Shown here: one piece after another, positions 40,286-51,023 of the stretch
Position numbering within the stretch: position 1 is the first letter of the stretch
Layout of the letters: each line of letters opens with the position of its first letter
NCBI GenBank assembly: GCA_013115145.1
Contig: JAAPAO010000081.1
Span: 1-64,000 of the forward strand
Direction: 5' to 3'
DNA from: Perkinsus chesapeaki ATCC PRA-425
Taxonomy: Eukaryota > Protista > Perkinsozoa
Length of the DNA: 64,000 bases
Notes under the pieces: model-generated
Databases searched by the model: none
What the model saw: only the letters and a program-made list of their open reading frames with translations
Told to the model about the DNA's origin: nothing
Translations under genes and position numbers: made by a program

Positions 40286-43024
40286 ATGGGGAATAAACAA
40301 CCACCCGAGGATGTTCCGCGGTTCACCCGTTTCAGCCTTCTGAACGCGCTCTATGCTGGCTGCATGGCTGGCCTTATGACAGGGCCCATGTTCATTCCGA
40401 CGTTCACGCAGTTGTTCGACTCGAGAATAATGGTACGTTTAGGGAAGCCTGATTCTCTGTTCGGTGTCATTTAGCATAGAGAAATATAGTATTTAGCTTA
40501 ATCTCGTTTCGTACGAGCGACTCTTCGTGCTAAGGGAATCTCACAGAGTTCTCCGTGAATGCCCACTGCTAGTGTTTCAGGCTCTCGGTACAATATGGGC
40601 AGTCCGCTGCAGCTCCCTCGACTTTCAATCCGCCTGCTCAGCATCCTGGACCGCCGTTTTTGGTTCCTTGGTCGCCGCTGCGGTGATCGCTGTCGTCATA
40701 CCCTTCGCTACTGCGATATGTGGCGGAAGCATCAATCTCTACGTTTGCTCCATTGTGATGATGCCTTTTTGTTTCGCTGCCTCTCTGGCCGCTTCGTCAA
40801 CCAAGTGCAAGCTCGCTCAGCTTTACGACTATAAAACCACTCTGACAGTAGCGTATTTGGTAATTTTCTTCGGTACCAGCCCTCTGGATGTGAGTGTGGT
40901 ATCGGTTATCCTTGTGGGTGCCTGGTCAACTCTGATCCCGCTTCTGATAACATCGCTACTCAATCTCTTTGGTGCGCTGCCGAGAAGTGCCCTTCCACCT
41001 ATGACAGTGTTTGAACGCTCTGCTGCATCCTACTTGGAGACCGGCATCATGTTTATCCTAGAAGGGGAGCTCCACCAGGACGAGCTAGAGCGTAAACGTG
41101 ATAAGCTCAGTGAAGCTCGGAAAACACTGCTGCGGTCCACAACAAGCCCTGACCTGAAGTTCTGTATATTTCGCATGTCGAGCTTGTTGTACACGCTGAG
41201 ACGCTCGTCCAGGTTCACACCGCTCAACAAAGCGGCTGTGGAATACCTGTGGGTGCATGTCGAGCGAGAGATTTTCGAGATGGTTTCCACGATGGTCGTA
41301 ATTCTCCGACATGAGGGTGACCAGGCAGATCTTGCTCGGCTGCGTGCAGGAATATCGGTGGTTAGCGATAAGATTCGCCACACAATCATCGACTATACTA
41401 GGGGAGTTGCCAAAGGGCAATTCGATCGTCTTCCAGTCGATGAGCTTATCAGGATGGAGCATGTGATGTTATGTATCACTCGGCTTGCGAAAGTGGTGAC
41501 GGATTATTGCGACATCAAGTCCAGCATCACAGTGAGCGGGTTCTCCATAAAGAAATATGTAAGTTGCTCCACATCGGAATACTATTTCCAATCTTTGTTA
41601 TTCAGTTACCTGTCCCTCCACTTGCGTGGCATTTAAGGGCCTGGCTAAAAGAGCCAATGTACCCTCTACATTCCACCTGGTTCGAGCGGTTTTGGTTCCC
41701 TGCCCGCCTCACCTTGTCTATAACTGTGGCCACGCTGGGTGTCTTGGGTGCCGCGGAGGAATACCCGGTGCTCCTAGTGGAAGGTTTCTGGGCATTGATG
41801 CCCGTAATTAGTTGCTTTCTCCCCACAGTTGGATCAACCCTGAGTACGGCTGTTAGGCGTTTTCTTGGAGTTATGGTTGGCGGCGGGCTCGCTATGATCG
41901 CTGTGTCGGTCCACCCTCTGAACGTAGCTGCATTCATCATCGACGTCTTCTTGGTAGCGGCCGTGACACGATTCCTTGTTGTTAGTTCTAGGATTGGTTA
42001 TGCTGCAATGCAGATGTTCATCACCTTCATTGTAGTCGGTGTCGTTAGTGGTATAGACCCTGACCTCTCAACAGGCACCAGAGTCTTAATGGCTGCCGAG
42101 AGGATGCTCTATACGCTCATTGGTGTGGCTGCCACTATAGTGCTCTCCATGTTGACTATCCCAGCCTTCATCTGCCGCCAACTTGCTCACAAAACTGCCG
42201 ATGAGCTTCGAACATCCGCTGCGGTTCTGATACATGGTATTTCCACGCTTGTAGAATGCGACGATGACGAGTCGCCTGGGGGAAGCACTGGAATTAGTGA
42301 AGACTCGGTTGTCAGTACCGGTACCGCCATTTTTGAGAAGGACACTGCGAGGGCTGCTGCGCTAGATGGCGCTCGCGAAGAGAGTACTCTGTTGCACTTG
42401 GTCGGTGTCAATGCTTCCAGATGCGGAATTAATTCGTCGAATATTCTTCTTGCTCAAAAGCAAGTAATGAGGGTGTCTCGTTGTGCCATGTCCGCCTGTA
42501 TTAGTCTGGATCGGTGCAGGCATCTGATTGGCGTAACTGCGCGTAAACAGCTTCTCAACCCTGCACGAGAGTCTCTGGATGGTGTAGCGTGTGCGATGTT
42601 GAAATCGTCCTTGGAGCTCGAGACAATGCTGCGAAAGCACGGCGATGCAGCGCGAGCAATCAACACCACCGAGGAGCTCGTGGAAGCCACGGCAAACGCT
42701 TTCAGACATTTTGAACGGCTTCACGAGAGGTTGTTATTCAGCAAGACATGGGCAGTCGATGGTGACGTTATGGATTCCACAAAGCTAGTCGAAGCATTAT
42801 CGAGCGGCGGAGGCGTAGGCCTCCACGAAGCGCTGTACGCTATCATCGCGTTTGTCGGCGAGTGGCTCGGTGTTGTGAATACCCTGCTCGGCTGTGGTCT
42901 CAGTGTATCTTTGTTGCGTGGTTCGGAAACCGAGATGAAGGTTTTGAAGGTTCCTACACCCATTGTACGCGGTCGAGCTCGTGCCAAATCAGAGCAGCTT
43001 GAAACTAGTATCCACGACATGTGA
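40286..43024 (+). CDS. ALMT/FUSC-like protein, array gene 14 (subfamily C-like); exons 40286-40432, 40581-41558, 41606-43024
   Basis: Phase-0 introns 40433-40580 and 41559-41605; motif FWALMPVISCFLPTVGSTLSTAVRRFLG. Confidence 0.83.
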
Positions 43025-43328
43025 GCTCTGATTGGAAGGCAAATCTTGATTTTACTTGATTGCGGCTTCAACGCGCTAGTTGCTCGCGTATTTGTCAGTC
43101 TTATTCGGCATATTTGTTAACTCTGGCTTTAACACCATTCTTGTGTTGTTCCTGTAGGGGCGGGGGTCGAGCGTCCATTCAAGGATATCATCCGACGGTT
43201 TCGCTCGACTGTGTACTTGTTTCTTCATACTGCGGAGTCACCCGCCGGGACACCACTGTATTCCCATTCCAGGCTGAATCACGGCCAATCTAGGTAAGCT
43301 TGTGAGCTGTTCAGCTTTTTGTATCACT

Positions 43329-45698
43329 ATGCACATTCCTCTTCTCCATCCTCTGAACGCCCCATCGCTCAAAAAGGGGCACGGCAATGCTGATTGGTGG
43401 GGATTGACTCCCCGATCTATAGCAGAGTTACAGACAGCTATTTTCACTGGCGTGACGGTCTGTTTAACATCTACTACGGTTTTTAATTCAACAATATCGT
43501 TTATCTTTCCACCCCAGTTCATGGTAAGCCCTCCCACGCCTCCGTGATGTCGTTTATACTGCTTTTCTCAGATTCTCGGTTTAGCCGGCGCATTGATAGT
43601 TTCGTATCTCGAGATGCAACTTGCCGTCGAGTGGTCTTTAAAGACTACCATCGCGTCCTGGCTCGGCTGTGCCTGTGGGTGTCTAATCGTTTATGTGGTT
43701 CCTTTAATCAACCAAGGAGAATATAATCCTTATTTCGGTCTCCTACTTGCTGTACCATTCTCGTTCCTCCTATCATTGGCAGACCAAGCGGGTGAAGTCT
43801 ACTGTAAGCTCAGTTCGGTCTATCGGGGTGACAAGGCCCTCCTTCTTTTAATCATTCCAGTGGTTTTCGGTGGTGATGATCCTTACTGGTCCGCGATAAC
43901 GGCAGCCATTGGGTACACTGTTGGCTCAGCCATACCTCTTTTGGGGACAAGTTTTCTGTGGTCCTTGGGTGTACTACCGGACACACGAGCAGAGTCGCTT
44001 AGAGCACTCAGTCTCAATTTGGCCGACTATTTTGACGAGGTTGCCTCGCTGCGAAAGGACCGAGACCACCAAGTAGCAGTGTTGCGCCGAATGTGGAGCG
44101 ACCTTTACAAAGCCAGTACCGAAGCTGCGACGTCCACCAGCGACTTGAAGCTACGTGGACTGATCTGGTCGATGGTCGCTTGTTTGTCCACTGTGAGACG
44201 GTCCTCCCGGCGCCATGCCTGCGACCCTGTTGTATTGGAGAGGCTTTGGCTGCCATTTGAAGGATCCGTCGTATCGCTTCGCCAGAAGGTCATATGCACC
44301 CTCAGAATGTGGGAGACATTCGACGAGTCGGATACAAAGATAGCTGATGCTGCTGGTGAACTGCTAGCTTCTGTAGAGCATTTTATTACTGATTGCGAAG
44401 TACCATCTGGACCGGAGTTGACCAATTTTGAATTCACCGTCAATGAGATGGTAAAGTTTTCTCTACTTGCCCAGGAATTCCTCATCAGAGTGAAAGGTCC
44501 ACAGGAGGGCTCGTGCATGCACAAGGTTGTCGATTGGTTGCGACAGCCGCTCTTTGCGCCAGCCAGTCCTGGGACCACCTGGAGAGTGCGGTTTGCTTAC
44601 CCTCTAAGAGCTGCGGTTACTGTTCCCCTGGTCGCCTTATTCATTTTAATTGGTGGGGAGCACTTTGACGTACTAGCTCACTATGGCTTATGGATGATAC
44701 TACCCTGTGTTTTCTGCTTCCTTCCTACCCCTGGTGCGTCTATCCGGAAAGGACTGAGGCGTATTCTGGGCACTGTTGTAGCATCGGTGCTGGCGGTTGC
44801 ATGTGTCTGCTTGCATCCCAATAATGATGGCATCTTTCTCTGTGAGCTTTTTTTCTTCTCTGTCATCGCCAAGTTGATGTTCTTTCATGACACACTGCAA
44901 TATTCTGGATTAGTATTTGGCTTCACCTGGATTATTGTCGGGCTCGGTCCCGGGATTGACACCTCTTTGCCGGTCGGCAGCAAGGTCGTTCGTGCCGTAC
45001 ATCGGATGGATATGACTGTTGCCGGCGTCATTCTTTCTATTCTACTGGCCTCTCTGATTTTCCCTATATTTGCCAACAAGCGTTTGCGTAGAGCGACAGC
45101 GCGCTCGCTGGAGCTTGTTTCTAATTCGGTTGCTAATGCATGCGAGTCCCTGGTCCACAAGACACCGTGGAATCGCGAGGCCCTCAGTGAGGACGTGCTT
45201 GATGCGGCCGTGTTCTTAGCGAAGAGCTACGCTGACCGTAATGCTCAGATTGCTGATGCAAGGGCTGAATGTCAGGCATTGCGTTATCTGTCTCCGACCA
45301 GGCATCACGAGCTGGCGCATGTGGTGGCTGCTCAGCACCTGCTGGACCGATTAACCAGGCAAGCTCTGGCTGTTATTTCCGCCGTCACTACATGCTTGGC
45401 AACGATACCAGTTGATGGCTGCGGCCTACCCAAGCCTGCCGAACAAGACTTACTTTTGACTGCTGCCGTGATCCGCCGAAGAGCTGGCCTCCTGGTGGCA
45501 GGTGTCAGAATAAGGAAGTTCAAGATCACTGATGTTACCGAGTCTGTGATGCGCTCCATCGACTGTCTTGAGTCGAATATTCGGAACTGCAATGCCGTTG
45601 AACACTACGGCATGGACTGCTTGGTACACGCCCTACAGGACTTCGCCGAGGTGTGGGAGGAAGTTGAGCGGATGGTTGCCAAGGCGAAGGATAGCTAA
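43329..45698 (+). CDS. ALMT/FUSC-like protein, array gene 15 (subfamily A); exons ~43329-43523, 43572-45698
   Basis: Intron 43524-43571. Shares YRGDKALLL, GGDDPYW and WMILPCVFCFLPTPGAS with gene 1. The start codon is uncertain. Confidence 0.8.
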
Positions 45699-46195
45699 GC
45701 GCTGCTCTTGTATCTTTTATTTTTGCTCGTGTCCTATTTTAATGCGCTACTGACTTTACCAACCTGGGCTACGTATATACAAGGGGCCCAAAAAGTGTGT
45801 TCCTATATCGTATAGTGATAGCTGTTGCGTTGCGAGAGCCAGGTGCTTCGCAGTCTAAGTGGCTTGCATATGCTTGCTTTGCTTTGCCGGTGTAGAATCG
45901 GTCAGTATCAGCCCTCTATATTATCCATAACGTTGTAACAAATGAGATAGGTACATCAGAAGGCTATCAGGCAGCGAAAACTATTATAAAGTATCAGGAG
46001 CGCGTCACTGAGATACCCTAGGACAGTTCGGATGTAGCACGTGGTCCCTAGCGCGCGTCCAAAATCGTGCCGATTTCGAGCGATATAGTTTTCCAGCAGC
46101 TTTCCAGTGGAGCTCGCTTCCTTGTCCCACTTGATCGGTGAGATAAGTCTCTGGTACATGAATGTAACGCTCTATCTCGCCTTGCTTTAAGTTCA

Positions 46196-48590
46196 ATGGA
46201 AGCGGCTAAGGCGCGCATATGGCTCGGCAGTTCTTTACTCATCGGTTTAATGCTTTTCAACTGGAGCTGGCGAACGACTCGGCGGCTCAGCACTACCCAG
46301 TCTCTATTTTTGCACAGGTGGATGTCGAGCCAGGCACCACCACTCGAGCCTGGGGGAAATCTCGTTATCCTCGGCAGCGGATGGGGAGGCTACTCCCTTT
46401 TAAAGAAGCTCGATACCTCCAAGTGGGACAGCGTTACACGTACGCCAGCCTAGAGCGTTCAGAATGGCATGTTTTTCGTCAGTTGTATCGCCGAGGAACT
46501 ACTTTTTGTTCACCCCCTTGCTCCCTTCTGTGACTGTTGGTGAGGCGATGACATATTAACTGTGGGCAGGGAGTTTTTTTAGGTACGAATGAGCCGAGGA
46601 GTATAATAGAGCCAGTGAGGAAAATAGTGATGAAAAAGAACAAGAAAACAGGCCTTAGAAACACACGCTATATAGAAATGGACGCTAGATACCTCGACCT
46701 CGATCGCAAGGTAGGGCAGTATCGAAAGCACCGCTCGCACTTGTTAAATAGGTTTGCTTTTGCGAGGACATTACCTCTATAAAGGCCACCGATGACCTGC
46801 TGGAGGTGCTTTGGGATGAATGGGCTTGATGAAGCCGTACGATATTGCCTCATGTACAGGTACCATATGATAAGTTAGTCGTGGCCGTTGGAGCACAGCC
46901 TAACACTATGGGAACACCTGGAGTCATCGAATATACGCACTTCCTCAAGGAGATGGACCACGCACGTCTCATTCGAAAGAACGTACTCGATTCTTTCGAG
47001 ACAGCCTGCACCGCTACCACTGATGAGCGCAAGAGAGAGCTTCTGCACTTCGTTGTGGTAGGGTTCCCCGGCACTGCCTTGGAAGTGGAGCGACGGTTCA
47101 GGTCGGCGGAGGGCCAACGGGCGTGGAGTTCGCTGCGGAATTGAGGGATTTTATCAGAGAGGAGATCAGCCATGCCTACTGGGAGGTTGCTCAGTAAGGG
47201 TTAGCCCGGCGCGGCATGGCCGGATCTACGCCTCCTCAGCCTGGCGAAAGTGTCGGTGATCCAGTCGAGTGATAACATTCTCAATACCTTCGATGCAGCG
47301 ATTTCACGCTATGCGACGGACCACTTTAAGCGGATTGATATCGACGTGGTGAAGAACTCGAGGTACTCCCCGACCGAAAAGATAATTTTGTCTTATCCTT
47401 CCTGATTCGCCCCATATCGCTGTTACGGAAGCCGTGTGTATTCTCAGAGTAAAGGCAGTGGAATCTTCAGCTGTTATCGTACAGGACAAAACCACAAAGG
47501 AGGAGCGCCGAATACCGTGAGACTCGAGCCGCACTCTGTCATTCAAGCGTGCCGATTTAGGTTTGGAGTGTGCGTCTGGGCAGCTGGCATTGCCCCAAGG
47601 CCGTTCACTAAGGATTTGGTAAACGAGATGCCGACGGCGCAGGCCTTTGACAGTTGGTTTCAGATATCTAAGTTGAAGGAGTATCAGCCTGAAAACGGCC
47701 GCTTGCTGAAGACCACACCGTTCTTGGAGGTTCTCGGCGGCAAGGGCGACATTTTTGCCATAGGAGATTGCGTACGGTTTTGTGCATTACGGAAGACGGG
47801 ATAGAGCTGATTCAGGCGGGCGTTGCCGAGCCCGAGCTTGTTCCGCTTGCTGAGTCACTTTTTGAGGAGGCCGATGTTAATAAAGACGGTAAGATCTCTT
47901 TTGATGAGTACAAGGTCATCTACAGGAAGATCAGGGAGAGGTGACAGTACAGATCATTGCGCTTATGGTGGACTGGTGTTGATAGGTTCCCGTTGCTCCA
48001 AGGGTCTGGCCCAGAAGAACGTTGGAAGCATCACGCAAATAACTACAACGATGGGAAGCCTTTGCAGTATCTCACCCACGACCAGTGGGAGAAGGTGCGT
48101 TCCCATCTTCGGGGCCCTCTCTATTAGATCTAAGGTACTTGCGAACATGCAGTCGAGCTACAAGGGCATGCCAGCAACGGCCCAAGTGGCGTCGCAACAA
48201 GGTTGGATTCGCAATTCTTTCTATCTTGGTGAATATCTGCTATCAGGCGAGTGGTTGGCCGCTTACCTCAGTGGGCAGACATCTTCACCGTTCGAAAGGA
48301 ACGATAAGGGGATGATGAGCTACGTAGGTGGCTCCGAGGCAGTCGTCCAAAGCCCACTTGCTGGTGAGCCCCCTTGGTGCAATCTCACCGATGTCGTCCA
48401 TAATTAGGGAACATCACCGGAGTGTCGACGTTTGCGCTCTGGAGAGGAGTATATGCAAGCAAGATGGTTTCTTGGAGGTTGCCAGACTGTATTACACATC
48501 CTCCGTTGAAATTGTTTCAGGTGCCGACATCTGGTTATCTGGGACTGGGTTAAAGCCCGTATCTACGGTCGAGATCTCTCCAAGATGTGA
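46196..48590 (+). CDS. NDH2: Type II (alternative) NADH dehydrogenase with EF-hand, multi-exon
   Basis: Motifs LVILGSGWGG, PRNYFLFTPLLPS, YDKLVVAVGA, VGGGPTGVEFAAEL, AIGDC, EF loop DVNKDGKISFDE, ATAQVASQQG, and spliced C-terminus WRGVYASKMVSWRCRHLVIWDWVKARIYGRDLSKM*. The N-terminus looks like a targeting sequence. Confidence 0.93.
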
Positions 48591-48711
48591 CAATCCACAT
48601 GCTTCGATGTCTGTCCCTTGATTTGTTTATTAACCCCCAAACACTCAGTATTGCATTTCAGTGACTAATGAACTGTCTATTCAGTTCCCTGGTTTTGTAT
48701 TCCTTTTTATA

Positions 48712-49359
48712 ATGGGAGCATGTTGCTCGACCGACTCAGTTGCCACATCGCAGCCGAGCAAGCGTCATCAATCGGTGAGGAGGATCCAAAATAGAACCAG
48801 CATTTCTCTTCAGGATTATGAGTATGCAAAGCGTCTTCAATCGCAGGAGTATTCGCGGCTTGATGGTCACGGGAGAAAATCATCCGGCCGGCAGAGTTGG
48901 GGGTCTGGTAAATCATGGCTCTTGCCCTTCAAATTCTAGCTCATTGCTTAGGTCAACCCACGGGGACATCATACACTGCGGTTGGAGCATCCGCGGACCA
49001 AAAGAGGCAAGCTGCAGCCGAAGCTGCTGAGCGCCGCATGAAGGTAGGCACTACGAAATGATCACTCGCGTAGTTTCCCGACGGCAGGAAAATCAAGGGC
49101 GTGGTCTTGGTAGCTCGGAAAAGGCTACCCAGATGACCGAAGCAGCAAGGAAGCAAGAACTCATTGGGCGAATAAGAGAATATTACGCAGTAGGCAAACA
49201 AACGTATCGTTCCCCACAGCTGCTCGTTACCAGGTGCGCCGGCTCGACCCTCCGCTGGGCCTAAACCTGGCTTCCGTCGAGCAGCTACGTAAACACCTCG
49301 ATCTACTTAAAAGTGGTAAAATTGATCCAACAAATGCAGTTCTTGATAACAGCGTCTGA
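48712..49359 (+). CDS. Small N-acylated protein, SVIP (small VCP-interacting protein)-like, multi-exon
   Basis: Starts MGACCS (myristoylation/palmitoylation-type N-terminus). Spliced segments include QKRQAAAEAAERRMK and KQELIGRIREYYA-VRRLDPPLGLNLASVEQLRKHLDLLK. The family assignment is by motif resemblance only. Confidence 0.55.
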
Positions 49360-49940
49360 GTACGCTATAAGATGCACACTGTGTAGTTGACTAAATGCAT
49401 TACATAAGCCCCAGGACACTCGAAGGGCTATTCTACTTGGGCATGGTTCTTGAGTTGTTCAGTTAAAGACACACACCATTAACCACCAAGGACCGGGAGG
49501 AAACAAGACGTTCATCAACGATAATAACATGTCGAAACAATCTTAAAGGAATATAAATACATCGCTGCCGATAGTACTAGACCGACTTCCGGCGGAGTTC
49601 AACTCAAAAATGAAACATGGCATTTTACTACAGACGAGTATGCTCCACGAAGCTACTACCTGCCGTCTTGAGGTAACACATAGCCTCAAAATCTCCAACT
49701 ACCACACGAGCTTATTTATACACTATCGGACCATGAACTACGGTATGAAGTGCTACTGTATTCACGCAAACCTTGCTTGTGAGACCACTCCGTAACCAAC
49801 GAGCGTGATCAAGCTTATTAGCCATCTGATTATCAGTTATTTCTCAACCCCTACTGACCACTGAACTCAAAGCGATGGACTGTGTTCTTGGCTCGGATTG
49901 CTAGTGGTACGTAACCGTTACGACGCCATCTACACACTCT

Positions 49941-50867
49941 TTAAGCCTCGAACATAAAGAGCGCGGGCTTGTTGGTGAGCTTCATGTACACAGCAGAGTA
50001 GGCCGCGAACCTGTCCTCCTGGTGGGCATCAGTCTGCTCAAGGATACTGAAAAAGAAACACATTACAAACGACAAACCACAAGGGCCGTAAAGGGTGACG
50101 CGACGAGCATGATGCTGATTATTACACTTTGAGGGTCTTGCGGCCATCAGTCGAGACGTGGGTCCTCTTGCCGACGATCTCGGCGGGTCCAACGATGTCA
50201 TCAAGCATGGCCTCGTGGACGGAAGTGAGGGTGCGGGTGCGCGGGCGGACCTTGAGGCCGCGGCGACGGAAGTCCTTGTCGAGGATGGTTCTCTGGGCAA
50301 CGAAGATAACCTGCTGCTTGGGGAACTTCTTCTCGAGCTCGTGGATCAAACGACCCTGAACCTTCTGGACGGACTTCCACACCTGAAATAAACAAGCATG
50401 TTGAATGCTTCGCCCGATGAACAATCGCCAAATCTGCTGGAAAATAAACGGCCCGAAATCCCATACTACCCTAGCGGGGAAGAAGACAACGACGGCCTTC
50501 CTGTCGGCCTTGATCTCAACCTCCTTGGCGGAAGCGAAGACAATGCCCCTAACAATGAACGAAAATAACACATCACGATAAAGCACGGCTTGAGCCGACG
50601 AGTAGACCACATAGCTATGAAAAAGACGAGGTTAATGACAATCATAGTGATACTATCATCAGTACTGATCATAGCTAACACCAACAGGTGATGAAACGAC
50701 ACAATATAGAAGCCACAAGCTGTCCTTGATTCCGATTATTACTTAAGGAGGACCTTCATCTCGATGTTGCTGGCCTCAATCTCAGTGAGAGCCCTGGCGA
50801 CATTCTGCTCCAACTCAGTGATGGCACGGCCGGGGGCCTTTACAATCTTTTCAGTAACCGCAGACAT
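49941..50867 (-). CDS. RPS7: 40S ribosomal protein S7 (eS7), multi-exon
   Basis: Starts MSAVTEKIVKAPG; contains VQGRLIHELEKKF, AQRTILDK, RPRTRTLTSVHEAMLDDIVGPAEIVGKR; ends AVYMKLTNKPALFMFEA*. Confidence 0.95.
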
Positions 50868-50924
50868 GCGACGTGACGGATCTCAGTAGCAATCCTGCCG
50901 AGGCATACAGATGGTCAGCTCTGG

Positions 50925-50975
50925 CGCAACCGGACCGGCTATCGATCACGTGATCGATTTCGAAATCGGTGCCAG
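50925..50975. promoter_or_regulatory. Candidate bidirectional promoter core: 18-bp palindrome ATCGATCACGTGATCGAT (50941-50958) overlapping 14-bp palindrome CGATTTCGAAATCG (50955-50968)
   Basis: Both perfect palindromes are read directly from the sequence and lie near the midpoint of the ~156-bp gap between the divergent RPS7 and RPL5 start codons. Function is inferred. Confidence 0.6.
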
Positions 50976-51023
50976 CCGAGCACTCCGGAACTCAGACTCG
51001 TCCATTTCGCTGTTGACTGAAAC

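Noticed and set aside
1111-45592. Many short antisense and alternate-frame ORFs across the array
   Set aside because: They overlap well-supported coding exons. Their recurrence between paralogs reflects the sense-strand similarity.
50584-50600. GGCTCAAG resembling the 3' end of the Perkinsus spliced leader
   Set aside because: Only 8 nt match, there is no following GT donor, and the rest of the leader is absent.
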